Source of the DNA: Carpediemonas membranifera BICM
Lineage: Eukaryota > Protista > Fornicata
Direction: 5' to 3'
Assembly: GCA_019828565.1 (NCBI GenBank)
Contig: JAHDYR010000016.1
Coordinates: 124,001 to 188,000 of the forward strand
Length of the DNA: 64,000 bases
The notes below the pieces were generated by a model, which had not been told where the DNA came from, did no database searches, and was given only the letters and a program-made list of their open reading frames with translations. Numbering within the stretch: the first letter of the stretch is position 1; the number at the start of each line of letters is the position of its first letter. This document shows, piece after piece, positions 43,225 to 52,325 of the stretch. The position numbers and the translations under genes were made by a program.

Positions 43225-44004
43225 TCACTGTTTAGAGTCCACCAGGGTCACACACAGCTCCAGGGCATCTGTGGCCCGCTGCATGTACCGCTGCAGCACC
43301 TCGATCCTGGCCACGCGGTCCTCAAGCACAGGCACCTGGGCCTCTAGCGCCTTCACCCGGGACACCCGGGACAGCAGCCCCGCCCCCATCCGCCCCCTGA
43401 CATGGGTGCGGGTGATCGCGGTGACCTTCTGCCGTACGGCTTCGTACGCCCGGGCGGCGTCCAGGGCCTCACTGGCGGCGCTGTAGTTTCCCTTGGCCGT
43501 CTCAAGCGCGGTATCGAGCAGGATACGCACCCTGCTGGCCACTGCTATACCGCTAACGAGCTGTGCCCTGGTGCGGCCGCCCATGATCCTGTGCAGGACG
43601 CCACTCGGCACTGGCTTCAGACCTTGGGCCTCCAGCTCAGCAATGAGCTTCTCTACACTATCTATAAGGGCATCTGTGTCGGGCTCCTCGTCCTCTTCGT
43701 CGTGGACCTGCTGCTTGCGGCTGAAGGGCCAGCGGGAGGAGGGTTGTGGAATCTCCTCCTTATGCTCCCTCTTATCATGCTTGTGGAAGTTTGCGTTCAC
43801 GCCAAGGTTGTAATAAAGGTCGTCTGAGTGCTTGCCAAGGTAGTTGTGCTTCTTGGTCTCCCAAACGCTTGACGCAGAAAGGCCAAAGGCGCAGGAAAGC
43901 TCATTGATACCTGCAAGCTCTAGAGAGAGATCTACTGATGTCCTAATGATGGATGCAATGTCTGCAGCGCCCCTTTTGCGCCAGGGTATCAATCCAATGC
44001 CCAT
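43225..44004 (-). CDS. Hypothetical protein
   Basis: 259-aa ORF with helical C-terminus. Confidence 0.6.
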   Translation of the reverse strand: MGIGLIPWRKRGAADIASIIRTSVDLSLELAGINELSCAFGLSASSVWETKKHNYLGKHSDDLYYNLGVNANFHKHDKREHKEEIPQPSSRWPFSRKQQVHDEEDEEPDTDALIDSVEKLIAELEAQGLKPVPSGVLHRIMGGRTRAQLVSGIAVASRVRILLDTALETAKGNYSAASEALDAARAYEAVRQKVTAITRTHVRGRMGAGLLSRVSRVKALEAQVPVLEDRVARIEVLQRYMQRATDALELCVTLVDSKQ

Positions 44005-44122
44005 TTGTTGCGGAATTGCCCGAATTCAACGAAGACCGTCATTGACACACGGGGCCAGGTCCTGACTGGAGAATGCCTGCTCCGCCAAGGATGTTATCTA
44101 ACGATGTGCCGCCCCCTCAGGA

Positions 44123-44543
44123 CTACTGGTGTCGGCCCCGGGACACGACCAGGGCCTCGTGGTAGAGCTCCTCGGTGTCCCGCTCGAACTGCTTCGTATC
44201 CTCGTCATCGGGACAGGCCCCCTGGCACACGGGCGTCGGAGTCCTCGTCATGGAGGATCGCGCGAATTCGGGTCAAAGTCTCTTCACCGCCCCAAGGATC
44301 GGGTGTAAAGGCTGGATGGTCATATTGGACGTTCATTGGTTCACCGGGAACATAGTCTGGCTCCGTTTTTGGCTTTTCGAATTCTACAACCGGCTTTTGA
44401 GCAGCTTGGTGGTTCGTTTGGAACGGTGTCTTCAGAGATTGGTTAAACCATGGCGTTTGCATGTCTGTGAGACCGTATGGGATTCTCTGCGATACATTCC
44501 CGAACTCTGGGCGCGGCGTACGAAGAGGGAATGATCCGGGCAT
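44123..44543 (-). CDS. Hypothetical protein; possible 1-nt indel in the G run at 44218-44222
   Basis: ORF 44205-44543; a shifted frame continues with protein-like ACPDDEDTKQFERDTEELYHEALVV to TAG at 44123. Confidence 0.45.
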
Positions 44544-44579
44544 CTTCTGACTCCATCACAGTCGTTAAACGGAAGTCCT

Positions 44580-46484
44580 TTATTCGCGGTCAGAGACCGT
44601 CTCGTCGCCGTACAGGGTGGGGCCGGCCTCCCACGCCAGCTCGACGCCCTGCTCCTCAGGCTGCACATCGTCGGGCACATCGCCACCGCGCACAGCTGAA
44701 TCACTCGCAATGTCGGCATCGCTGTCACCCCCAGACAACTCTTCAATCATTTCCCGACTCTGTGAGGCCTCTACGTCGCCACGACCGGCCATCTTGGCGA
44801 ACTTACGGTGCTTGAGGTAGACGAGGGTCATGACGTGGGTGATGCTCAACAGGACGAAGACAAAGGGCACCGCGGTGAAGCCTGTGTACACGCCGAGCTC
44901 CGTGTCGAGGATCAGGCCGACAACTAGTGCTGCCATGGTCTGGCAGGTGGCCTGGGCGATGAGGAAAACCATGCCCTGCTGGGGATGGCCGAATGAAATG
45001 ATGAGCGTGCTGATAACGATAGTGGTATACATGGCAGCGACGCCCGGCATAGTTGTACGAAGGTAGAGGGCACCGTTGTCGACGACCTCGGCGTTGTTCT
45101 TGATGAGGCTGAGAATAAAGCCGCAGGGGATGAAAAGAACGACCCAACAGAGCAAGACGATGCCGAATGAGAAGACGATCGAGTAAATCATGCCGACAAG
45201 GATGCGGTCGACCCGTTTGGCAGCAAGGTTCTGGCCGACGAACGCGACAACAGCGGTCATGGCAGCCGATGGGATTGAGATAATCACAGACTCAATCCTG
45301 GTCGCCAGTCCGTACCCCGCCACTGATATGTCGCCGTATCGAGCGAGCATGGCTGTGATGGCCATGCTCACTGCCGGATAGCAGACGTTGTTGATGGCCG
45401 ATGGGACACCGATGCGGAACATGCCCAGGGCAGACTGCCCGAAGGTGCGCAGCGTCATGGCCTTGAAGTCGATAAGATGGAACCTCCATTGAAGCAAGAC
45501 GAGAGCGAAGAGAGCGGTGACGATGCGGGAAATAACGGTACTGAGCGCCGCACCGATGATGCCAAGCTTTGGGACGGGGCCGATGCCGAAGATCAGGAAA
45601 GGATCGCAGATTATGTTGACTACCACGCCGATGAGCATGATGAGCGAGGGTGTCCTCATGTCGCCCGTGGCTCTGATGGCGGAGTTGATCGTCATGGGGA
45701 CAATCACAAAGCTGATTCCGCCCCACCAGATGAGCATGTACTGCACCGCCTTGGTCAGAATGACGCCGGTCGCCCCAAGGGCGAAAAGGAGGGGGACCGT
45801 GATGATGAGGCCGAGCAGGGTAAGACATAGCGACATGATCACAGCCGTCGTGACGCACTCGGTTACTGTCCTCGCTGCAGACTTCAGATCGCCGCTGCCA
45901 AGGTGCTTGGCTGTCTGCACAGTGACGGCAACACCGAGACCGGCAGAGAAACTGTTCACAACTTGTACAATGGGGAAGGTGAAGGAGATGGCGGTGATGT
46001 CATCTGTGCCGTCGAGCCTGGCGATGAAGATAGTATCGACCAGATTGAACAGGATCATGGCCAGACGACCAATCATCATGTCGAACGTCTTGCGCAAGAG
46101 AAGATACGGGATCAGCCACGTGGGGCCGCGAAGCATCTGGGCGTGCTTCGAGGGCCGTGGGGGAGGAGATGACGGTTCCTTTCCTTCATCGGCACCAGCA
46201 TCGTCGCTATGGCCAATAGGTTGTTGCGTGGCGGTTTCATCATCGGGAACTGCGTCGGGACCATCGGAATCAGGACTTGAATCATCAAAACTACTGCTGC
46301 CAGTTGATGATTGACTCGTTTGGTCCTCCTGGTGTGAGTAAGGAGCGATTTCATCACGATCATGGCCAATATCAAAAGATGGCTGTAACGGATCATCATT
46401 CGTCATATTAGACTGATTATACACGTCTCCTATTGAAATAGACGCATGAATATCGGCTTCAAGCCTAGTTCTTTTGTCGTCCAT
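44580..46484 (-). CDS. MATE family efflux transporter with acidic N-terminal extension
   Basis: FNLVDTIFIARL, AIRATGDMRTP, NIICDPFLIFG, LGIIGAALST; about 12 TM segments. Confidence 0.9.
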   Translation of the reverse strand: MDDKRTRLEADIHASISIGDVYNQSNMTNDDPLQPSFDIGHDRDEIAPYSHQEDQTSQSSTGSSSFDDSSPDSDGPDAVPDDETATQQPIGHSDDAGADEGKEPSSPPPRPSKHAQMLRGPTWLIPYLLLRKTFDMMIGRLAMILFNLVDTIFIARLDGTDDITAISFTFPIVQVVNSFSAGLGVAVTVQTAKHLGSGDLKSAARTVTECVTTAVIMSLCLTLLGLIITVPLLFALGATGVILTKAVQYMLIWWGGISFVIVPMTINSAIRATGDMRTPSLIMLIGVVVNIICDPFLIFGIGPVPKLGIIGAALSTVISRIVTALFALVLLQWRFHLIDFKAMTLRTFGQSALGMFRIGVPSAINNVCYPAVSMAITAMLARYGDISVAGYGLATRIESVIISIPSAAMTAVVAFVGQNLAAKRVDRILVGMIYSIVFSFGIVLLCWVVLFIPCGFILSLIKNNAEVVDNGALYLRTTMPGVAAMYTTIVISTLIISFGHPQQGMVFLIAQATCQTMAALVVGLILDTELGVYTGFTAVPFVFVLLSITHVMTLVYLKHRKFAKMAGRGDVEASQSREMIEELSGGDSDADIASDSAVRGGDVPDDVQPEEQGVELAWEAGPTLYGDETVSDRE

Positions 46485-47046
46485 GTTCTGCCAGGTCTGC
46501 ACACGCGCTGCCTTACAGTCATCGTGAGTCACTTTCCCGATATCAGAGCCTCGCACCAAAAAAATGGCTGTAAATACGACGGGATGCGACAGACAAGGTC
46601 ACGTCACCCACAACTCTTCGTCAGTCTACTCCTCCGCCCGTGGTCTGGTCGGCCGATAATGCCGGGATCGGGATGATCTCGCCTGGTATGAGCTGTCTGT
46701 CTCAGCTTTCCAGCGGCAGCACTCTCCCGGCAGCCCTGGACCGGCCCACCGACGCCACACGGGGCGGACTAACGGTGGACTAATGTACTCGCCCCAGTAT
46801 CACCTTTGTACGAGATGATCAAGGTCATGCCGCATGGTTGGTGGGCGAAACGAACTTGGTCAAATCGTGGAATGAGATGAACGCACTGGCGAGATTTGAG
46901 ACGATAGCTGAGGCTCAAAAAACGGAAAGGGGCTAGGCCCAACCAGATCATGACTCAGCTTGGTGCAGTAGCGCTGCAAGTCACTCTAAGCGTCAGATTC
47001 CGTGGAGGCAAAACGATGGAAGAGAATAACTCATTTAAACAGTTAT

Positions 47047-47275
47047 CTAGCGTCTGAGCTTCGCGAATATGTGAAGAAGGATGACCACAGCCATGAAAAT
47101 AAGGCAAGCGATGGTGATTGTGGACGGGGAGCTGAGTAATCAAGATGAGACGGCATACGAACATGAGGAAGCCAGGGGCGTTCTCGTTGGTGGTTCTAGT
47201 CTTGAAGAGAGAGTTATCGGTACCGCCGATAGCCGTCTGACCGGGTTTACGCTGACGAAGCTCTGTGTTTGCCAT
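47047..47275 (-). CDS. SEC61B: Sec61 beta subunit; intron 47132-47162
   Basis: LRQRK..ENAPGFLISPSTITIACLIFMAVVILLHIFAK after splicing. Confidence 0.85.
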
Positions 47276-47395
47276 TGTGTGTCGTCGTATGGAATTTAAG
47301 AAACCCAGAATTTAGTGCATGCATCAACCCTCGACGATTGACCCGAAGCCAACAGAGACCACCTTTCAGCTCATCGAAACAATACTTTATTCTCA

Positions 47396-48634
47396 CTAGT
47401 TGAGACCGAGGACTGGGTTGTGCCTGCAGATACTGGGGCCGTACTCGAGGTAGTCCTCCCTTGTGTGGACCATACCGGTCCCGAACTCGGGGGTGGTCGA
47501 CAGCAGGGAGCCGCCATACCATACAGCATACCTCTGCTTCTTGTGGGAGACGACGTTGACGTCGAGCTCGGCAAGGGGAATGCGGCCGCCGCTGACCTCG
47601 TGGGAGTACTTGATACGGTCGTTGGCGAGCTTCTTGATGTCACGCTGCAGACGCTTGGAGAAGTTCTGGAACATGGTGCTGCCGCCTGACAGCACGATGT
47701 TGTTGTACAGAGGCTTGCGGCAATCAATGGGGCATGCCTGGATTGTCTGGTCGACCAGGTCGGGCAGGGGCGTGACGAAGTCGCCGGAATAGATGGCGGG
47801 GTTGAAGAAGATCTCAGGGGCCATGAAGCGCTCGTAGCCCATCTCCACCTCGAACGTCTTCATGTTAATGCGGTCCATGCCGGTGTAGAGCTTGATGTAG
47901 TCCGCGGGAGACGCGTCAAATGCCAGGATCTCGCGCTTGAGGTCCTTGCAGACATAGGCGTGGCGCTCCTTCATGCGCATGGCGATCTGGAGGGCGTCGG
48001 CGGTAGGCATCTTCTCGCGGCCACGCATCATGTTCATTGTGAAGTTCGTAAAGTCACGCCCGGCGATGGGGATGTGCTTGATGGCCGAGGCGATGACTGC
48101 GCCGTCCGACACGGGGATGACATGGGTCACACCGTCGCCAGAGTCGATAACAGTACCCGTCAGCTGGCGGGAGGCGGACTTCTTGGACGTCCAGGAGGCG
48201 CAAAGGGCAAGGACAGCCTGCACAGCGATATAGATGCCACCAGCATTGAACGTCTCGAACCAGATCTCGGCAGTCTGCTCACGGTTCTCGGGGGTGTTGA
48301 GCGGGGGCTCAGTGAGGAGGAAGTTGTGCTCCTCGGGGTCACAGTGGAGGTACTGGAAGAGGGCCTGCGACCAGAACTTCTCCATCTGGTCCCAGTTCTC
48401 GATCAAGCCGTGGCGCACGGGGTAAGAGAGACCGTAGGACTTCTGCTTAGCAATGGCTTCTTGGCCAATGAAAAAGTCAAGGTCCTCAAGGCCGTGCTTC
48501 TTGCCAGGCTTGGCCTCTGGGGGGTTTCCAGCAAATGTCGTTGGAATAAGGTAGGAGGGCTCATCAGTGCCAGCATAACCCATTTTGGTGAAGCCAGTAC
48601 CGACATCTATTACAATAGCTGGTTTGCTAGACAT
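47396..48634 (-). CDS. ARP3: Actin-related protein 3
   Basis: DVGTGFTKMGYAG, DLDFFIG, LTEPPLNTPENRE, AVQAVLALCASW, CPIDCRKPLYNNIVLSGG, EYGPSICRHNPV. Confidence 0.96.
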   Translation of the reverse strand: MSSKPAIVIDVGTGFTKMGYAGTDEPSYLIPTTFAGNPPEAKPGKKHGLEDLDFFIGQEAIAKQKSYGLSYPVRHGLIENWDQMEKFWSQALFQYLHCDPEEHNFLLTEPPLNTPENREQTAEIWFETFNAGGIYIAVQAVLALCASWTSKKSASRQLTGTVIDSGDGVTHVIPVSDGAVIASAIKHIPIAGRDFTNFTMNMMRGREKMPTADALQIAMRMKERHAYVCKDLKREILAFDASPADYIKLYTGMDRINMKTFEVEMGYERFMAPEIFFNPAIYSGDFVTPLPDLVDQTIQACPIDCRKPLYNNIVLSGGSTMFQNFSKRLQRDIKKLANDRIKYSHEVSGGRIPLAELDVNVVSHKKQRYAVWYGGSLLSTTPEFGTGMVHTREDYLEYGPSICRHNPVLGLN

Positions 48635-48797
48635 TCTGCTTTGTTATAAGGTCTTTGTCGGGGATTCGATCGTCGTGTCCAGTTTTTTCATGAAAAAATG
48701 TGTGAGCCTTAGAGCATGCAGACTGGCACGGAAAGAGCGCAGGCGATCTTTTCACACTAGTATAGTCGCCCATGCGAACATTTAGAATTCTTAATGG

Positions 48798-48891
48798 TGA
48801 AGTATCATAGAGTGCACAGTGCAAGCACTGCGTCTCTCCACTTCAATTAGCTTGCCCGGAGGCGAAGACTAGCGGCTGGTTAGCCGTAATT
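48798..48891 (-). ncRNA. Putative Fanzor omegaRNA scaffold (locus B)
   Basis: Hairpins CGGCT/AGCCG 48873-48886; TAG-CTT-GCC/GGC-AAG-CTA 48848-48871; long TGAAGTG..AGAG..CAGTGC/GCACTG..CTCT..TACTTCA 48798-48845. Confidence 0.6.
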
Positions 48892-48928
48892 GGTTATAGT
48901 TGATGGTTATAGTTGATGGTTATAGTTG
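48891..48928. repeat. 13-bp tandem repeat TGGTTATAGTTGA x~2.9
   Basis: Units start at 48891, 48904 and 48917. Confidence 0.9.
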
Positions 48929-49308
48929 GGAAGACGGGCTGGAGGTCTTGGATTTCTGAAAGCACTGGCTTGATACTGTGCATCCGTCATGAGGCCGCAA
49001 TCCAAGATGTTCTGTGCAGCAGTCTTGTCTCTGTGGGAGAGATTGAGCCAAGTGGTGGTAGGATCGGAATTGAGGCGTTGCTGTCTGTACCATGGAGCAC
49101 CTTGACAATTCGGGTTGTGGCATCGCATCGTGCGCCTCGTGTAGCGAGTTCTACGGAACCTCGCGCGGCAGAAGGGGCAGACGAGTGAGATACTGCAGTC
49201 TTCCGATACTGATTTATAAACTGCACAATGACTCAGGGGTGCAGGGCAAATATGACCCAATTGGTCCCCACAGCTACCTCCTCTCCCGGTGGTTGATGCA
49301 GTTTGCAT
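48907..49308 (-). pseudogene. Fanzor1/TnpB-like C-terminal remnant (locus B)
   Basis: VSED (RuvC-II E 49201-49203), CPFC..CHNPNC zinc finger, LNLSHRDKTAAQNIL (RuvC-III D 49027-49029); no RuvC-I found upstream. Confidence 0.82.
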
Positions 49309-50019
49309 GCAGTTTAAGGAAAATTGTGATCGATGCTTGGATCAGGCAAGTGGTTTGTCATGCCAACGCAGCATGCTCAGCCACTAATCATGATCAAAGC
49401 AGGTTCTACCATACAGAGTGCCACATGCGCGAGTTCAGTCTTTGAGTAATGCATCATGCTTGTCTTGCCTCCGGTTGCATACACACATTCCAGACGAAGA
49501 AATCTCCGCTACCCCGAGTACAGAGTCGGAAATGTGCTACTAGACTCCCCCCCCCCACCTCAAGCAAATTGTTGACTCGAGTCACGTCGTTGGATTCTTG
49601 GTGTTTTTGTATGGCCAATGTCAAATGAACGATAGAAATTGGCTTAGGAATACTAGATTATGTCGGCTACGGCATGCACTCCCAGTGAGGCGCACCTTAT
49701 GAGTCACTCGGGGTGCCAAGAACGATGCCAGGCCGGGTCGAGTGAACTAAGTCAGGTCGACACAAGTCATGTTCGATGGGGAACTGGATGTGCTAAGAAA
49801 TAGCGCAGACTGTCTCAGGCCGATATTCCATGAGGCTGTGTCATGAAAAATGCAATGGCACCTTAACCCGGCTAACCAATATTTTACTGAGCAGCTCGCC
49901 AACCACTTCTAGGTGCAAACACAAAGGCCACAAATACAACATGGATGCAAAGCGATCATTCACCAGTCAACAATACCACATCAACGGCGCTTGCATTTAT
50001 CATCTCCCACTCTCACTAC

Positions 50020-52233
50020 TCACTCCTGAATCTCCTCCCATGCCTCATTGCCCTCGGTGAAGACCCGGGTGCCGAGCTGACGGACATTGCCCAGACTGCC
50101 GAGTTCCGGCACTCCGGAATCCTCGTCTCCGGCAACAGCGTCACTCCACGCATACTGCCCGAGCGGTCTGAACACACCCTGCTCGCCTTCCACGCCGGCC
50201 CACAGAGACTGCTTGCCGATGACAAAGACGGTCGACCCGAGGGCCTGGAGGGAGGGCACGAAGGACGGCGGCAGGGGGCATGTCGTAGCCTGAACAGTGC
50301 GGCAAAGTGACACAATCAAGATCTTGGAAGATATTAGACGATCTAGAGATTCAATCTGGCATGGCATCATAAAGAGGTCGTCGAAGTCGTCGCACCGCAT
50401 GTGGCATATCCTGCGGACCTCCTCAACTTGGCCCTGGTACGGCGAGCCAATGGCAATGCCCTCGGCAGCCACGCCATGGAGGCGGAGCAGCATGAAGAGG
50501 GCAACCGCGTACTCAGCCTCTTCGGCGTTGGCCCAGTCGGCTCCGGCCCTGGCCTCGCCTGACCAGTGGCGGCCGTCGTCGTAGGCCTGCTGCTGCTCGG
50601 TCGGTGTCATTGAAACCGGTATGAAGTGAACGTTTGTCACAGGCCGAGTCGACTCCGCGGTCAGAGTTCCCTTACGTGGGAGAATATGGGGCCGGATATG
50701 GGGTGGGGCGAGTGGGTCGCCCGCATCCCACAAAATGAATGATTCAAAGCTTACTAAGGGCAGGAAAGCCTCAACGGCGGCCAGACTGGCCACTGGGACG
50801 CAGCTGGGGGCGACAACCGCGCTAAACCGGAGCGGCTTGAGCTCTGTCGCCCGAAGCACCTCTTCCGCTGTCCCTATGATAACCTCGGCGTACACCTGCT
50901 CGATAAACAGTGGCAGCGCCTTCAGCTTGGGCGCCGCCTCCATGAATTCGAGCTCAATCACGGACTGGAAGGGGTATATGGGGTCGTCGCAGGCGGAGAG
51001 ACGGTCCAGTGCGGGTTTCACCGTCACCAGAAGGTGGTAGCGGGCAGTTTTGGCATCTGATACATCGGCGGGCTGGCCGAGCATGGCGAGAATCTCGTTG
51101 CATCGTTGGATATGGTTTTGGCGGAGTGCGATCATCGAATCGCACTGGTTGGCGGCCGAGAGAGGACCGGGCGAGAGTGTCAGAACCCTACTGCGACTCT
51201 TTCCGGCATCAATCAATTGATTAGCGAGATGCGCGGTCTCGAATGTCGTACGGCTGATGACCAGCACTCGCTGCCCAGACGTCGCCGTCTCCATCGCCAC
51301 ATCCTGATAGCTCCTGACTGGTGCTTTCCCCAGCATCCGAGCGGACGCCATGTGAATCCTCGCGGGTCCGTGTATGGCGGCCCCCCCGATGGCAGTGGGG
51401 ACCCTGTACTCGACCCCGGTCCCGCGGTCAAGCTTGAACGACCCCTTGCCGTGCTGCTGCTTGGGCGTCTTGGGCTTGAGTAGCTCGAGTGTGGTGTTGG
51501 CGAGGGCCTTAGCGTCCTTGGTAGACTTGGGGTCGAACGCAGGGAGCATGGGGGCAGGTGCAAGGGCGGGGCAGGAAGCTGTGATGATGTCGACCAGGGC
51601 GATCGGGTCAGACTCAGACAGCAGCGGCCCGACTTCGTCCAGGGCCACTGAGCGCTCGAACAGCTCGGACAGGAGGGCTGCGAGCTGCAGCCGGACCAGG
51701 GAAGGGGTCGGGGTGCGGCAGGGGACCAGCTTATAGTGCAGGGCGACTGTTGCTGCATGCATGCAGACGTCTGTCGGGACAAGCACGGTGACGTCCGCCA
51801 ACGTGTTCTTCAACGCGGTGTCGCTTGGGTATAGCCGGCCGAGGATGCACAGGAGGACGAGCAGAGGCGGAGAGGTGGGATCAAAGGCCGATACATCGTA
51901 CACCAGACTGTCTGGGCTGAAGTAGGCAAGGAAGGAGGCGTATATGCAGACTGGGGCGAGGTCCTGCTTCTTTGGCCGGGTTTCGAGCAGAGATCGGAGT
52001 ATTCCGGACAAAATGCGGATTACTGCAGTAGAAAGAGCTTCAGTATCAGCTTCTGGTGTCTCAAGGTGAGCGTGTTGGCGAATTAGAAGAAGGAGGCAAG
52101 GACCCTGCAAATCCGGCGCATTGCTGCCTTCATCGGCATTAGAGAGCCACTCTGTAACCAAGTTCATCGCATTTGCGATTGTCGGAGCGGCATCAAGCCA
52201 CAAGGACTTCGAAACGATGTCCTCGGTCGCCAT
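50020..52233 (-). CDS. AQR: Divergent Aquarius (AQR/Cwf11) spliceosomal SF1 helicase-like protein
   Basis: NAEEAEYAVALFMLLRLHG..IAIGSPYQGQ..IVSLCRT and QRVLVISRT resemble AQR; Walker A is degenerate. Confidence 0.7.
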   Translation of the reverse strand: MATEDIVSKSLWLDAAPTIANAMNLVTEWLSNADEGSNAPDLQGPCLLLLIRQHAHLETPEADTEALSTAVIRILSGILRSLLETRPKKQDLAPVCIYASFLAYFSPDSLVYDVSAFDPTSPPLLVLLCILGRLYPSDTALKNTLADVTVLVPTDVCMHAATVALHYKLVPCRTPTPSLVRLQLAALLSELFERSVALDEVGPLLSESDPIALVDIITASCPALAPAPMLPAFDPKSTKDAKALANTTLELLKPKTPKQQHGKGSFKLDRGTGVEYRVPTAIGGAAIHGPARIHMASARMLGKAPVRSYQDVAMETATSGQRVLVISRTTFETAHLANQLIDAGKSRSRVLTLSPGPLSAANQCDSMIALRQNHIQRCNEILAMLGQPADVSDAKTARYHLLVTVKPALDRLSACDDPIYPFQSVIELEFMEAAPKLKALPLFIEQVYAEVIIGTAEEVLRATELKPLRFSAVVAPSCVPVASLAAVEAFLPLVSFESFILWDAGDPLAPPHIRPHILPRKGTLTAESTRPVTNVHFIPVSMTPTEQQQAYDDGRHWSGEARAGADWANAEEAEYAVALFMLLRLHGVAAEGIAIGSPYQGQVEEVRRICHMRCDDFDDLFMMPCQIESLDRLISSKILIVSLCRTVQATTCPLPPSFVPSLQALGSTVFVIGKQSLWAGVEGEQGVFRPLGQYAWSDAVAGDEDSGVPELGSLGNVRQLGTRVFTEGNEAWEEIQE

Positions 52234-52325
52234 CGCGAACTCATTATGTGCCCATGTATTCGCGTAAATGACCACAAGCACTTGAACACACAGGCCACAG
52301 AGCACAGATTTATGATCCCCCGCCC

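Noticed and set aside
46560-46720. RNase P-like GGAAAGCTGAGAC (minus strand) or SRP RNA
   Set aside because: The motif pairs locally in a hairpin, no convincing P4 partner was found, and the SRP helix 8 motif is absent.
48750-48765. Helitron-type CTAG 3' terminus for Fanzor B
   Set aside because: The CTAG lies inside a hairpin and locus A has no equivalent, so the host transposon class cannot be assigned.
48987-49226. Alternative RuvC-II reading VQFINQYRKT (E to Q)
   Set aside because: The VSED frame aligns with VSEF of locus A and is continuous with the zinc finger.
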